64,000 nucleotides of DNA from an uncultured Microthrixaceae bacterium (GTDB lineage Bacteria > Actinomycetota > Acidimicrobiia > Acidimicrobiales > Microtrichaceae). Numbering within the stretch: the stretch's first letter is position 1; each line of letters starts with the position of its first letter. Below are positions 20,961 to 28,724 of the stretch, in pieces. A program made the translations under genes and the position numbers. The notes under the pieces were generated by a model. It did not search any database and had not been told where the DNA came from. It saw only the letters and a list, made by a program, of their open reading frames with translations. The stretch spans positions 1-64,000 of the forward strand of contig CAYQQQ010000019.1 in NCBI GenBank assembly GCA_964420125.1, read 5' to 3'.

Positions 20961-21992
20961 ATGGGCACAACGATGGAGCGAGCAGGCACAGTGCGCAGGG
21001 CCCTGCGGGCGGCCACCGCCGTGGCGGGGATGGGCTGCCTGCTGGCGGCATGCGGGGGGGATGGAGGTGAAGGCGACGGCTCCGCCACGCCGCAGATCGT
21101 GGCCACCAACAGCATCTGGGCCGATGTGGCGACCAACGTGGCGTGCGACGGCGCTGCCGAGGTGATCTCGCTGCTGCCACCCGGCACCGACCCCCATGCC
21201 TACGAGCCCTCGATGGCCGACCGGACCCGTCTGCAGGACGCATCGCTGGTGGTGGTGAACGGGCTCGGCCTCGAAGCCGGCCTGCAGGACACGCTCGAGT
21301 CGGTCGAGGCCGACGGCGTGCCCGTGTTCGTCGCCGGTGACCACGTGGAGGTCCGTCCCCTCACCGAGGGCCCGGCGGACGGCGCCGAGGGAGGTTCCTC
21401 CGACGCGGACGAGCACGAGGGCGATGAGGACGCCTCGCACCAACACGACGAGGGGGATCCCCACCTGTGGCAGGATCCGACCCGCACCTCGGAGGTGGTG
21501 ACCGCCCTCGGCGAGTCCCTGGTGGAGGAGGCCGGCCTGGACGCCGACACGGTGCAGCGCTGCGTGGAGCGCTACACATCTGAACTGGCGACCCTCGACA
21601 CGGATGTCGACGCCATGGTGGCGGCGGTGCCGGCCGAGCGGCGGGTGCTCGTGACCAACCACGACGCCCTCGGCTACTTCGCCGACCGCTACGGCTTCGA
21701 GGTCCTGGGCACCGTCATCCCCGGCCCGGGGACCCTGGCGGAGACCAACCCCGCAGAGATCGAGGCGCTGGCCCAGGCCATCGAGGAGGCTGGCGTGCCC
21801 GCCGTGTTCGCAGAGGAGCAGCACTCGGACGCGGATGCCCGCGCCCTGGCGGATCGGGTCGGCGACGTGGAGGTGGTCACCCTCTACACCGACGCGCTCG
21901 GCGAGGGGGGTTCGGGCGCCGAGACCTACGTGGCGATGATCCGCCGCAACGGTGAGCTCATCACCGGCGCGCTCGGCGGAGAGGGGTCGTGA
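20961..21992 (+). CDS. znuA: Metal ABC transporter substrate-binding lipoprotein (ZnuA/TroA family)
   Basis: LLAACGG lipobox; His/Asp/Glu-rich loop SSDADEHEGDEDASHQHDEGDPH typical of Zn-specific ZnuA; TroA-like fold. Confidence 0.85.
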   Translation: MGTTMERAGTVRRALRAATAVAGMGCLLAACGGDGGEGDGSATPQIVATNSIWADVATNVACDGAAEVISLLPPGTDPHAYEPSMADRTRLQDASLVVVNGLGLEAGLQDTLESVEADGVPVFVAGDHVEVRPLTEGPADGAEGGSSDADEHEGDEDASHQHDEGDPHLWQDPTRTSEVVTALGESLVEEAGLDADTVQRCVERYTSELATLDTDVDAMVAAVPAERRVLVTNHDALGYFADRYGFEVLGTVIPGPGTLAETNPAEIEALAQAIEEAGVPAVFAEEQHSDADARALADRVGDVEVVTLYTDALGEGGSGAETYVAMIRRNGELITGALGGEGS

Positions 21993-22052
21993 GGGGGCAT
22001 CGTCCCGCCGTGGTGGCACCTCGACCTGTCGCGCCTGCGCGACGATGACGGC

Positions 22053-22919
22053 GTGGAGGTGCTGACCGATCCCTGGGGCTGGTGGATCGAGCCGTTCACG
22101 GCCAACCCCTTCATGCGCAACGCGCTGTGGGCGGGACTGCTGGTGGCGCTGTGCACCTCCATCGTCGGCACCTGGGTGGTGTTGCGAGGGATGGCGTTCC
22201 TGGGCGACGCGCTCGCCCACGGCGTCCTCCCGGGCATCGCCATCGCCTTCGTGCTCGGCGTGAACACCACCGTGGGCGCGTTCGCCGCCGCAGTGGTGAT
22301 GGTGCTGGGGATCAACTTCGTTCGCTCCCGCTCGTCGCTGCCGGAGGACACCTCGATCGGCGTGCTCTTCGTCGGGTTCCTGGCGCTGGCGGTGGTGGTG
22401 ATGTCCGCCAGCTCCGGGGCCTACAGCGGGGACCTCAACCGCTTCCTGTTCGGGTCGGTGACGGGGGTGGACCTGGGAGACCTGGGACGCCAGGCCGTGG
22501 CCTCCGCGCTCGCCGTCGCCGGTGTGGCGCTGTTCTACCGGGCCTTCCTGGTCATGACCTTCGACGAGACCCAGGCGCAGCTGCTGGGCCTGCGACCGAG
22601 GTTGGCGCAGATCGTGCTGCTCGTGCTGCTGGCGCTCACGATCGTCGCCTCCTTCGAGGTCGTGGGCAACCTGCTGGTGTTCGCCTTCCTCGTCGCCCCG
22701 CCGGCGGCGGCCACGATGCTCGTGCGGCGGGTCCCCTGGATCATGGTCACGGCACTCGCGCTGGGCTCGGTGTCGGTGGTGCTCGGCCTCCTCGTCAGCT
22801 ACCACCGCTCCACCGCCGCGGGCGCCACGATGGCGCTGGCGTCCGTCCTGCTCTTCGTGGTCGTGCTGGCGCTGAGCAGCGTCCGACGCAACCTTCGAGC
22901 CGACTCGAAGGCGGGGTAG
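22053..22919 (+). CDS. znuB: Metal ABC transporter permease (ZnuB family)
   Basis: About 8 TM helices, conserved DALAHGVLPGIA motif of ABC-3 permeases. Confidence 0.85.
   Translation: MEVLTDPWGWWIEPFTANPFMRNALWAGLLVALCTSIVGTWVVLRGMAFLGDALAHGVLPGIAIAFVLGVNTTVGAFAAAVVMVLGINFVRSRSSLPEDTSIGVLFVGFLALAVVVMSASSGAYSGDLNRFLFGSVTGVDLGDLGRQAVASALAVAGVALFYRAFLVMTFDETQAQLLGLRPRLAQIVLLVLLALTIVASFEVVGNLLVFAFLVAPPAAATMLVRRVPWIMVTALALGSVSVVLGLLVSYHRSTAAGATMALASVLLFVVVLALSSVRRNLRADSKAG
22892..22911. promoter_or_regulatory. CueR/MerR-type dyad CCTTCGAG-ccga-CTCGAAGG upstream of merR-copA-copZ
   Basis: Perfect 8-bp inverted repeat (CCTTC...GAAGG arms as in E. coli CueR boxes) lying within the last codons of znuB; TAGCCT -10-like hexamer overlaps znuB stop, 7 nt before the MerR ATG. 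Confidence 0.45.
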
Positions 22920-22929
22920 CCTGGGCCTG

Positions 22930-23328
22930 ATGCGCATCGGAGCTGTCGCCGAGGCCGCCGGGACCACGCCCAGCACCATCCGCTACTACGAGTCCGTCGG
23001 GCTGGTGGCGCCGCCGCCGCGCAGCGCCGCCGGCTATCGGGACTACCCGGACGAGGTGCTGGGGCGGCTGCAGTTCATCCGTGACGCACAGGCCAGCGGA
23101 CTGACTCTCGCAGAGATCCAGTCGGTGCTCGAGCTGAAGGACGCCGGCCGCCGCAGCTGCGAGCACACCGCTGCACTCCTCGAGCGACACCTGGCAGAGC
23201 TGGACGAGCAGATCGAGCGTCTGCAGCTGGCCCGGGTGGAGCTCGCCCGGCTCGCCGGCAGGGCGAGGGCCCTCGACCCGTCGGAGTGCACCGATCCGCA
23301 CCGGTGCCAGGTCATCGAGGGGCCTTGA
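22930..23328 (+). CDS. MerR-family metalloregulator, CueR-like
   Basis: N-terminal [28 protein letters not shown]; C-terminal Cys pair ECTDPHRC (C-x7-C as in Cu(I)-sensing CueR). Confidence 0.85.
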   Translation: MRIGAVAEAAGTTPSTIRYYESVGLVAPPPRSAAGYRDYPDEVLGRLQFIRDAQASGLTLAEIQSVLELKDAGRRSCEHTAALLERHLAELDEQIERLQLARVELARLAGRARALDPSECTDPHRCQVIEGP

Positions 23329-23341
23329 CCTTCGAGTCGAC

Positions 23342-25711
23342 TTGAAGGTCTACGATGAGGGCGTGGAGGCCAGGACCACACCTGCTGCGGGCCGGAGCGT
23401 TCCGGGTGAGGACCCCGGGCTCCTGACGGTGCGCACCGACCTGCCCGTCGAGGGCATGACGTGCGCCGCCTGCGCCAACCGGATCCAGCGGCAGCTCGGC
23501 CGTGTCGAGGGGGTGCGGTCGGCCAACGTGAACTTCGCCAGCGGCTCCGCCACCGTGGAGCACGCCCCCGAGGTGGCGGACGAGGTGCTGCGGGCGACCA
23601 TCGAGTCCCTGGGCTACTCGGTGCCGGACGTGGTGGATCACGAGGCCGCCGAGGCCGATCGCGAGCGCGACCTGTGGCGGAGGTTCGTGGTGGCCTGCGC
23701 GCTGAGCCTGCCGGTGGTGGCGGTCTCGATGGTGATGAGCCTGCAGTTCGACGGCTGGGAGTGGGTGGCGTTCGCCCTGAGCACCCCGGTCGTGTGGTGG
23801 TCGGGATGGGGCTTCCACGCAGCGGCGTGGACGAACCTGCGACACGGCGCCACCACCATGGACACGCTGGTGTCCATGGGCACCCTCTCCGCGTGGACGT
23901 GGTCCACCGTCGTGCTGGTGGGGGGAGTCCTCTCCTCGGGATCGGACGCCGTGGACATGGCCGGGATGGACATGGGTGGCGGGGGAGCAGGGCACGTCTA
24001 CTTCGAGAGCGCGGCGGTCATCGTCACGCTGATCCTGCTGGGCAAGTGGTTCGAGGTGCGCTCCACCCGCCGCTCGGGCGACGCCCTGCGAGCCATGGCA
24101 GAGCTCTCCGCCCGCACGGCGCGTCTGCCGGACGGCTCCGAGGTCCCCGTCGACGACCTGGTCGTCGGCGACCGCTTCCTGGTGCGACCGGGGGAGAAGG
24201 TCGCCACCGATGGCGTGGTGGTCGACGGCAACGGGGCGGTCGACGCTTCCATGGTCACCGGTGAGCCGCTGCCCGTGGAGGTCGGCCCCGGCGACCAGGT
24301 CATCGGCGCGACCGTCAACACGAGCGGATCGCTGGTGGTCGAGGCCACCAGGGTGGGCGCCGGCACGACGCTGGCCCAGATCACCCGCATGGTCGCCGAG
24401 GCCCAGGGGTCCCGGGCCGAGGTCCAGCGCCTCGCCGATCGAGTCTCGGCGGTGTTCGTCCCCACGGTGATCGTCGTGGCCGTGCTCACCCTGGTGGGAT
24501 GGTCGGTGAGCGGTCACCCGAGCGACGAGGCCTTCACCTCGGCGGTGGCGGTGCTCATCATCGCCTGTCCGTGCGCCCTCGGCCTGGCGACCCCGCTGGG
24601 GATCATGGTCGGCACCGGCCGGGGGGCCCAGCTCGGCGTGATCATCCGTGGCGGGGAGGTGCTCGAGCAGACCCGCACGGTGGACACCATCGTGCTCGAC
24701 AAGACGGGCACCGTCACCGAAGGTCGCATGGAGGTGGTGGAGGTGGTCGCCGCCGACGGCACGACGCTGACCGGTGGCTCCGCGTCGGCGGTGGAGCTGC
24801 TGGGACTGGCCGGCGCGGTGGAGGACCGCTCCGAGCACCCGATCGCCCGCGCCGTGGCCGAGGCGGCTCGTCGGATCGACCCCGTGGGGCAGCTGGCGGA
24901 GGTGGAGGGCTTCGAGAACCGCGCGGGGCTCGGGGTGCGCGCGTGCGTCGCGGGCACCACGGTGGTGGTCGGCAGGAGCAGCCTGTTCGAGGAAGTTCCC
25001 GATGCCCTCCACTCGGTGGCCGAGGGGCATCAGGCCGCGGGTCGCACCGTGGTGTTCCTCGGGTGCTCGCCGGAGGAGCAGCGGGTGGCGGGCCTCGTGG
25101 TGGTGGCAGATCGCATCAAGGTCGGCGCCGGCGAGGCGATGGCGGACTTCGTCGAGCTCGGGCTGCGCTCGGTGCTGCTGACCGGGGACCAGCGGCGGGC
25201 AGCGGAAGCCGTCGCCGAGGAGGTGGGCATCACGGAGGTGATCGCCGAGGTCCTTCCGGAGGAGAAGCTGGCGGTGGTCCAGGGCCTCCAAGGTGACGGT
25301 CACGTGGTCGCCATGGTCGGCGACGGGATCAACGATGCGCCGGCGCTGGCGGCAGCCGACCTGGGCATCGCCATCGGCACGGGCACCGACGTGGCGCGAG
25401 AGGCATCCGACATCACCGTGGTCACCGGCGATCTGCGGGCCGTGGCGGACGCGATCGCCCTCGCCCGGCGCACGCTGTCGGTGATCAAGGGCAACCTGTT
25501 CTGGGCGTTCGCCTACAACGTGGCGGCCCTGCCGCTGGCCGCCCTCGGGATCCTGAACCCGATGATCGCCGCAGCCGCCATGGGGTTGTCGTCGGTGTTC
25601 GTGGTGACCAACAGCCTGCGCCTGCGCCGGTTCACCGGCTTCCGGACGCTCAACCCCGGGGCGCGGCGCGACGACGCGCGTCCCGTCCCCCCACCCAAGG
25701 AGGAACCATGA
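23342..25711 (+). CDS. copA: Copper-translocating P1B-type ATPase
   Basis: N-terminal HMA domain [14 protein letters not shown] transmembrane motif, DKTGT phosphorylation site, GDGINDAP; TTG start at 23342 (alternative GTG starts in frame). Confidence 0.9.
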   Translation: MKVYDEGVEARTTPAAGRSVPGEDPGLLTVRTDLPVEGMTCAACANRIQRQLGRVEGVRSANVNFASGSATVEHAPEVADEVLRATIESLGYSVPDVVDHEAAEADRERDLWRRFVVACALSLPVVAVSMVMSLQFDGWEWVAFALSTPVVWWSGWGFHAAAWTNLRHGATTMDTLVSMGTLSAWTWSTVVLVGGVLSSGSDAVDMAGMDMGGGGAGHVYFESAAVIVTLILLGKWFEVRSTRRSGDALRAMAELSARTARLPDGSEVPVDDLVVGDRFLVRPGEKVATDGVVVDGNGAVDASMVTGEPLPVEVGPGDQVIGATVNTSGSLVVEATRVGAGTTLAQITRMVAEAQGSRAEVQRLADRVSAVFVPTVIVVAVLTLVGWSVSGHPSDEAFTSAVAVLIIACPCALGLATPLGIMVGTGRGAQLGVIIRGGEVLEQTRTVDTIVLDKTGTVTEGRMEVVEVVAADGTTLTGGSASAVELLGLAGAVEDRSEHPIARAVAEAARRIDPVGQLAEVEGFENRAGLGVRACVAGTTVVVGRSSLFEEVPDALHSVAEGHQAAGRTVVFLGCSPEEQRVAGLVVVADRIKVGAGEAMADFVELGLRSVLLTGDQRRAAEAVAEEVGITEVIAEVLPEEKLAVVQGLQGDGHVVAMVGDGINDAPALAAADLGIAIGTGTDVAREASDITVVTGDLRAVADAIALARRTLSVIKGNLFWAFAYNVAALPLAALGILNPMIAAAAMGLSSVFVVTNSLRLRRFTGFRTLNPGARRDDARPVPPPKEEP

Positions 25712-25917
25712 CCACCCGCGTCTACGACGTGCCGGGAATCAGCTGCGACCACTGCCGAGCTGCCATCGAGGGCGGCGTCGCCCCCCTCGCCGGCGTCGAG
25801 TCGGTGGAGGTCGACCTGGACGCTCGCTCGGTTCGGGTGACCGGCGGCGACGACGACGCCATCCGCGCCGCCATCGACGGGGCCGGCTACGACGTCGCCG
25901 GCGTCGCGGTGCTCTGA
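25708..25917 (+). CDS. Heavy-metal-associated domain protein (CopZ-like chaperone, atypical SCDHC site)
   Basis: 69 aa, ferredoxin-like HMA fold, metal site [12 protein letters not shown] instead of canonical MxCxxC; ATGA overlap with copA stop. Confidence 0.7.
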   Translation: MTTRVYDVPGISCDHCRAAIEGGVAPLAGVESVEVDLDARSVRVTGGDDDAIRAAIDGAGYDVAGVAVL

Positions 25918-26000
25918 GGCACGCTCGACCCGGTCGGCACGGTCGGGAGCACGCCGGATCGCTCGCCGCCCTCGCCGACGCGGCCGCGCCCGGGCCGCCG

Positions 26001-27338
26001 TCAGCGCCGACTCCAGAACCCTCCCTCGTCGGCATCAGGAGCGAATCGGTCCCATTCCGGATCGGGCTCGGTCCCCGGAGGATCCTCCGCCGCTGTGGCC
26101 TCGTGTCGGGCGTGAGGCCCTGTCGGGCCGGCCGGCACCGCGTCGTGGTCCGGGTGCGGAACTGCGCGGGGAAGGCCCGCACCGCCGTGGTCGTGCCCGT
26201 GGGCGTCGTCGGCGGGGGTGAGGGCGAGCGCCGCCAGCGCCGTGGTGATGGGCACGGAGAGGACCAGGCCGATCGAGCCCACCAGCATCCGCACGACCTC
26301 CACGGCCACGATCTCGCCGGTGAGGATGCGGGCGACCGGAACGGTTCCCTGGGCGAAGAGCAGCACCAGCGGTAGGGCGGCACCGGCATAGGCGAGGACC
26401 AGGGTGTTCACCGTGGAGGCGACGTGATCGCGTCCGACGCGGATCGCCTCCCCGTAGAGGGCCCTGGGCGACAGCTGGGGATCGGCCCGCCGCAGCGCCG
26501 CCACCGTGGAGACCTGCGTCACGGTGACGTCGTCGAGCACGCCGAGCGCGCCGACGACGATCCCCGCCACGAGCAGGCCACGGAGGTCGAGTGCCCCGGC
26601 GGTCACCCTGAGGATCCGCGCCTGTTCGTCGGCGAGCCCGCTCAGGGAGGCGACCGACGCCGCGGCCAGCGCCAGGAAGCAGATCAGCAGCAGGCTCACC
26701 AGGGTGCCCGCGAGCGCCACGGTGGTGGCCATGTTGAGCCCATGGGCGAGGTAGAGGGCCAGCACGGCGATGAGGACGGTGCCTGTCAGGGCCACCGGCA
26801 CCGCTGGCTGGTCGCGCAGCAGGGAGGGGACCACGAAGGCCACCAGGATCAGCACGCTGGCAGCAAGGCCGAGCAGCGCCCGCACGCCCTGCCAGCGTCC
26901 GAAGGCCACGACGACGACCACGAACACGAGCGCGAGCCAGAGCAGCGGGGCGGTGCGCTGGTAGTCCCAGAACACGTAGCGGTAGGGAGGGGGGCTGCTC
27001 GGCACGTCGAGCACCACGACCTCGTCGCCCACCGCCACGTCGGGGCGGCTGAGGTCGTCCTCGGCGGCGACGAACTCACCCTCGGAGCCCACGCCGGCGC
27101 CGGAGGTGATCTCGATCTCCGCGTAGGTGCACTCGGTGCGGGCCACCACCTCCATGCTCTCGCAGGGCTCGGTGCGCAGGCCGGTGACCACCGCGTTGAC
27201 GAACGTGCCCGGTTGCACCATCGACTCCGGAGGCTCCCCCCTCGGCCAGAAGGCGGCCAGGCCGGCCAGGGCGGCCACGCTCAGGGCGACGACCGACCAC
27301 ACCAGACCCTGTCGCAGGGGACGGCGGTGCTCGGACAT
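26001..27338 (-). CDS. YibE/F-family integral membrane protein
   Basis: Start ATG 27338 (MSEHRRP...); N-terminal periplasmic segment followed by about 8 TM helices, YibE/F-like topology; C-terminal His-rich tail. Confidence 0.7.
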   Translation of the reverse strand: MSEHRRPLRQGLVWSVVALSVAALAGLAAFWPRGEPPESMVQPGTFVNAVVTGLRTEPCESMEVVARTECTYAEIEITSGAGVGSEGEFVAAEDDLSRPDVAVGDEVVVLDVPSSPPPYRYVFWDYQRTAPLLWLALVFVVVVVAFGRWQGVRALLGLAASVLILVAFVVPSLLRDQPAVPVALTGTVLIAVLALYLAHGLNMATTVALAGTLVSLLLICFLALAAASVASLSGLADEQARILRVTAGALDLRGLLVAGIVVGALGVLDDVTVTQVSTVAALRRADPQLSPRALYGEAIRVGRDHVASTVNTLVLAYAGAALPLVLLFAQGTVPVARILTGEIVAVEVVRMLVGSIGLVLSVPITTALAALALTPADDAHGHDHGGAGLPRAVPHPDHDAVPAGPTGPHARHEATAAEDPPGTEPDPEWDRFAPDADEGGFWSRR

Positions 27339-27390
27339 GTCGACAGTCTGGTCGAGGTCGCCAGGAGCGGCGATGCGGGGGCGGCTCTGC

Positions 27391-27744
27391 TCAGGCGTCG
27401 AGGTACTTGCGGAACTGCTGGCCGACCACCATGGACTGCCCCATCCGCGCCACCCACTGATGGGCGGCTGCGGTGAACACGACAGGATCGTGGCCCATCT
27501 CTGCAGCGATCTGCGCCATGTCCTCCTCGGTGGTGACCCCACGCGCCTGGGCGGCCTTGGCGACTGCGGCGTACTCGGGCAGGCCGATGCCGTCGATCGG
27601 CTGGAGCAGGGGATCGTCGGCGTCCAGGGGCTGCGTGGAGGGGCCGCCGAGGAAGGAGGGGTCCACGGGCATCCCCTTGACGCCGATCTGGCCCTCGCCG
27701 GCGGCTTGCGTGCGCATCTTCTTGAAGAACCCCATCGTGGGCAC
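27391..27744 (-). CDS. Hypothetical protein (117 aa)
   Basis: GGAGGTG RBS 6 nt upstream; strong GC3 bias; MPTMGFFKKMRTQAAGEGQIG... Confidence 0.5.
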   Translation of the reverse strand: MPTMGFFKKMRTQAAGEGQIGVKGMPVDPSFLGGPSTQPLDADDPLLQPIDGIGLPEYAAVAKAAQARGVTTEEDMAQIAAEMGHDPVVFTAAAHQWVARMGQSMVVGQQFRKYLDA

Positions 27745-27789
27745 CTCCGCGGTGTGGTTTCGGGGGGACCCCCACCCTAGGTGGCGGGC

Positions 27790-28641
27790 TCAGCTGGGTC
27801 GCGGCAGGAGTGCCAGCTGGCGCGACTGTCCCACGAGCGTGCCAGCGCTGTCCCAGATCAGGCCGTCCTCCTCCAGGAACCCTCCCGTCACGAACCGCGT
27901 GGTGAACTCGGCGGAGAGGAGGCCGGGCGCGGGACGGCCCCGGAGGTGGGCGGTGAGCTCGAGGGTCGGCACCCATCCCAGGGGCAGGTTGGCGTTGAAA
28001 GCGGTGGGCGGGAAGGCATCCAGGGCGCACAGGAGCGCGATCGTGTCGACGGGCTCGCCGTCGGGCAGCCCGAACCACCCCCGGACCCGTGCCTCGCCGC
28101 TCGGTGAACCGTGACCGAAGCCCGCGTCGTCAGGGTGCAGGCGAAGGTCGACGCGGTGCATGAACGAAGGGAGCTGCCCTTCCGCCAGGGGAGGGACGCC
28201 CTGGCAGCCATCCGGTGGCGGGAGCTCCGGCGGGGAGCCCTCGACCAGCATCGGCGCTCCGGCGTCGGAGAGGTCTCCGAAGGTGCCGAGCGTGGTGAGC
28301 ACCGGCTTCCCCTGCGCGCGGAGCTCCGCTCGGGCGGTGGAGAACCTCCCCCCGACCCGCACGGTCGTCACCTCCACCACGAGTGGGCCCTCCTGGCCGG
28401 GTGACAGGAAGTGGCCGGTGACGCTGACAGGATCCGGCCGTCCGAGCTGCTCCGCCATGGCGCGCGCGGCGATGGACAGCAGGTACCCGCCGTTGGCGTT
28501 CCCGCCGATGTCCCATCCCTCGGACACCGCCGCGCTCCAGCGTCGGGTCGGCCCGCCGGAATCGAGGGCGGCGACCATGGTGGCACGTCGGAAGGCACCG
28601 TCGGGCTCGTCGGCGAGCGGAGCAGGTGGGTCGGGGGCCAT
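27790..28641 (-). CDS. Acyl-CoA thioesterase (TesB-like hotdog-fold family)
   Basis: 283-aa tail of ORF 27790..29841 from ATG 28641; GGYLLSIAARAM motif and double hotdog organisation; the upstream ORF part is His/Arg low complexity read out of frame against the neighbouring gene. Confidence 0.7.
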   Translation of the reverse strand: MAPDPPAPLADEPDGAFRRATMVAALDSGGPTRRWSAAVSEGWDIGGNANGGYLLSIAARAMAEQLGRPDPVSVTGHFLSPGQEGPLVVEVTTVRVGGRFSTARAELRAQGKPVLTTLGTFGDLSDAGAPMLVEGSPPELPPPDGCQGVPPLAEGQLPSFMHRVDLRLHPDDAGFGHGSPSGEARVRGWFGLPDGEPVDTIALLCALDAFPPTAFNANLPLGWVPTLELTAHLRGRPAPGLLSAEFTTRFVTGGFLEEDGLIWDSAGTLVGQSRQLALLPRPS

Positions 28642-28724
28642 CGGGGAGACACTAGGGGGATCCGTGGGGCCCCTCTGACTCGCGACGGGCCTGACACCGG
28701 CGGTCGCGACCGCACCCGGCCGGG

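Noticed and set aside
20931-22979. 682-aa minus-strand ORF (also 23312..25303 minus, 663 aa)
   Set aside because: Antisense to znuA/znuB and copA respectively. The sense genes carry definitive motifs (His-rich ZnuA loop; CPC, DKTGT).
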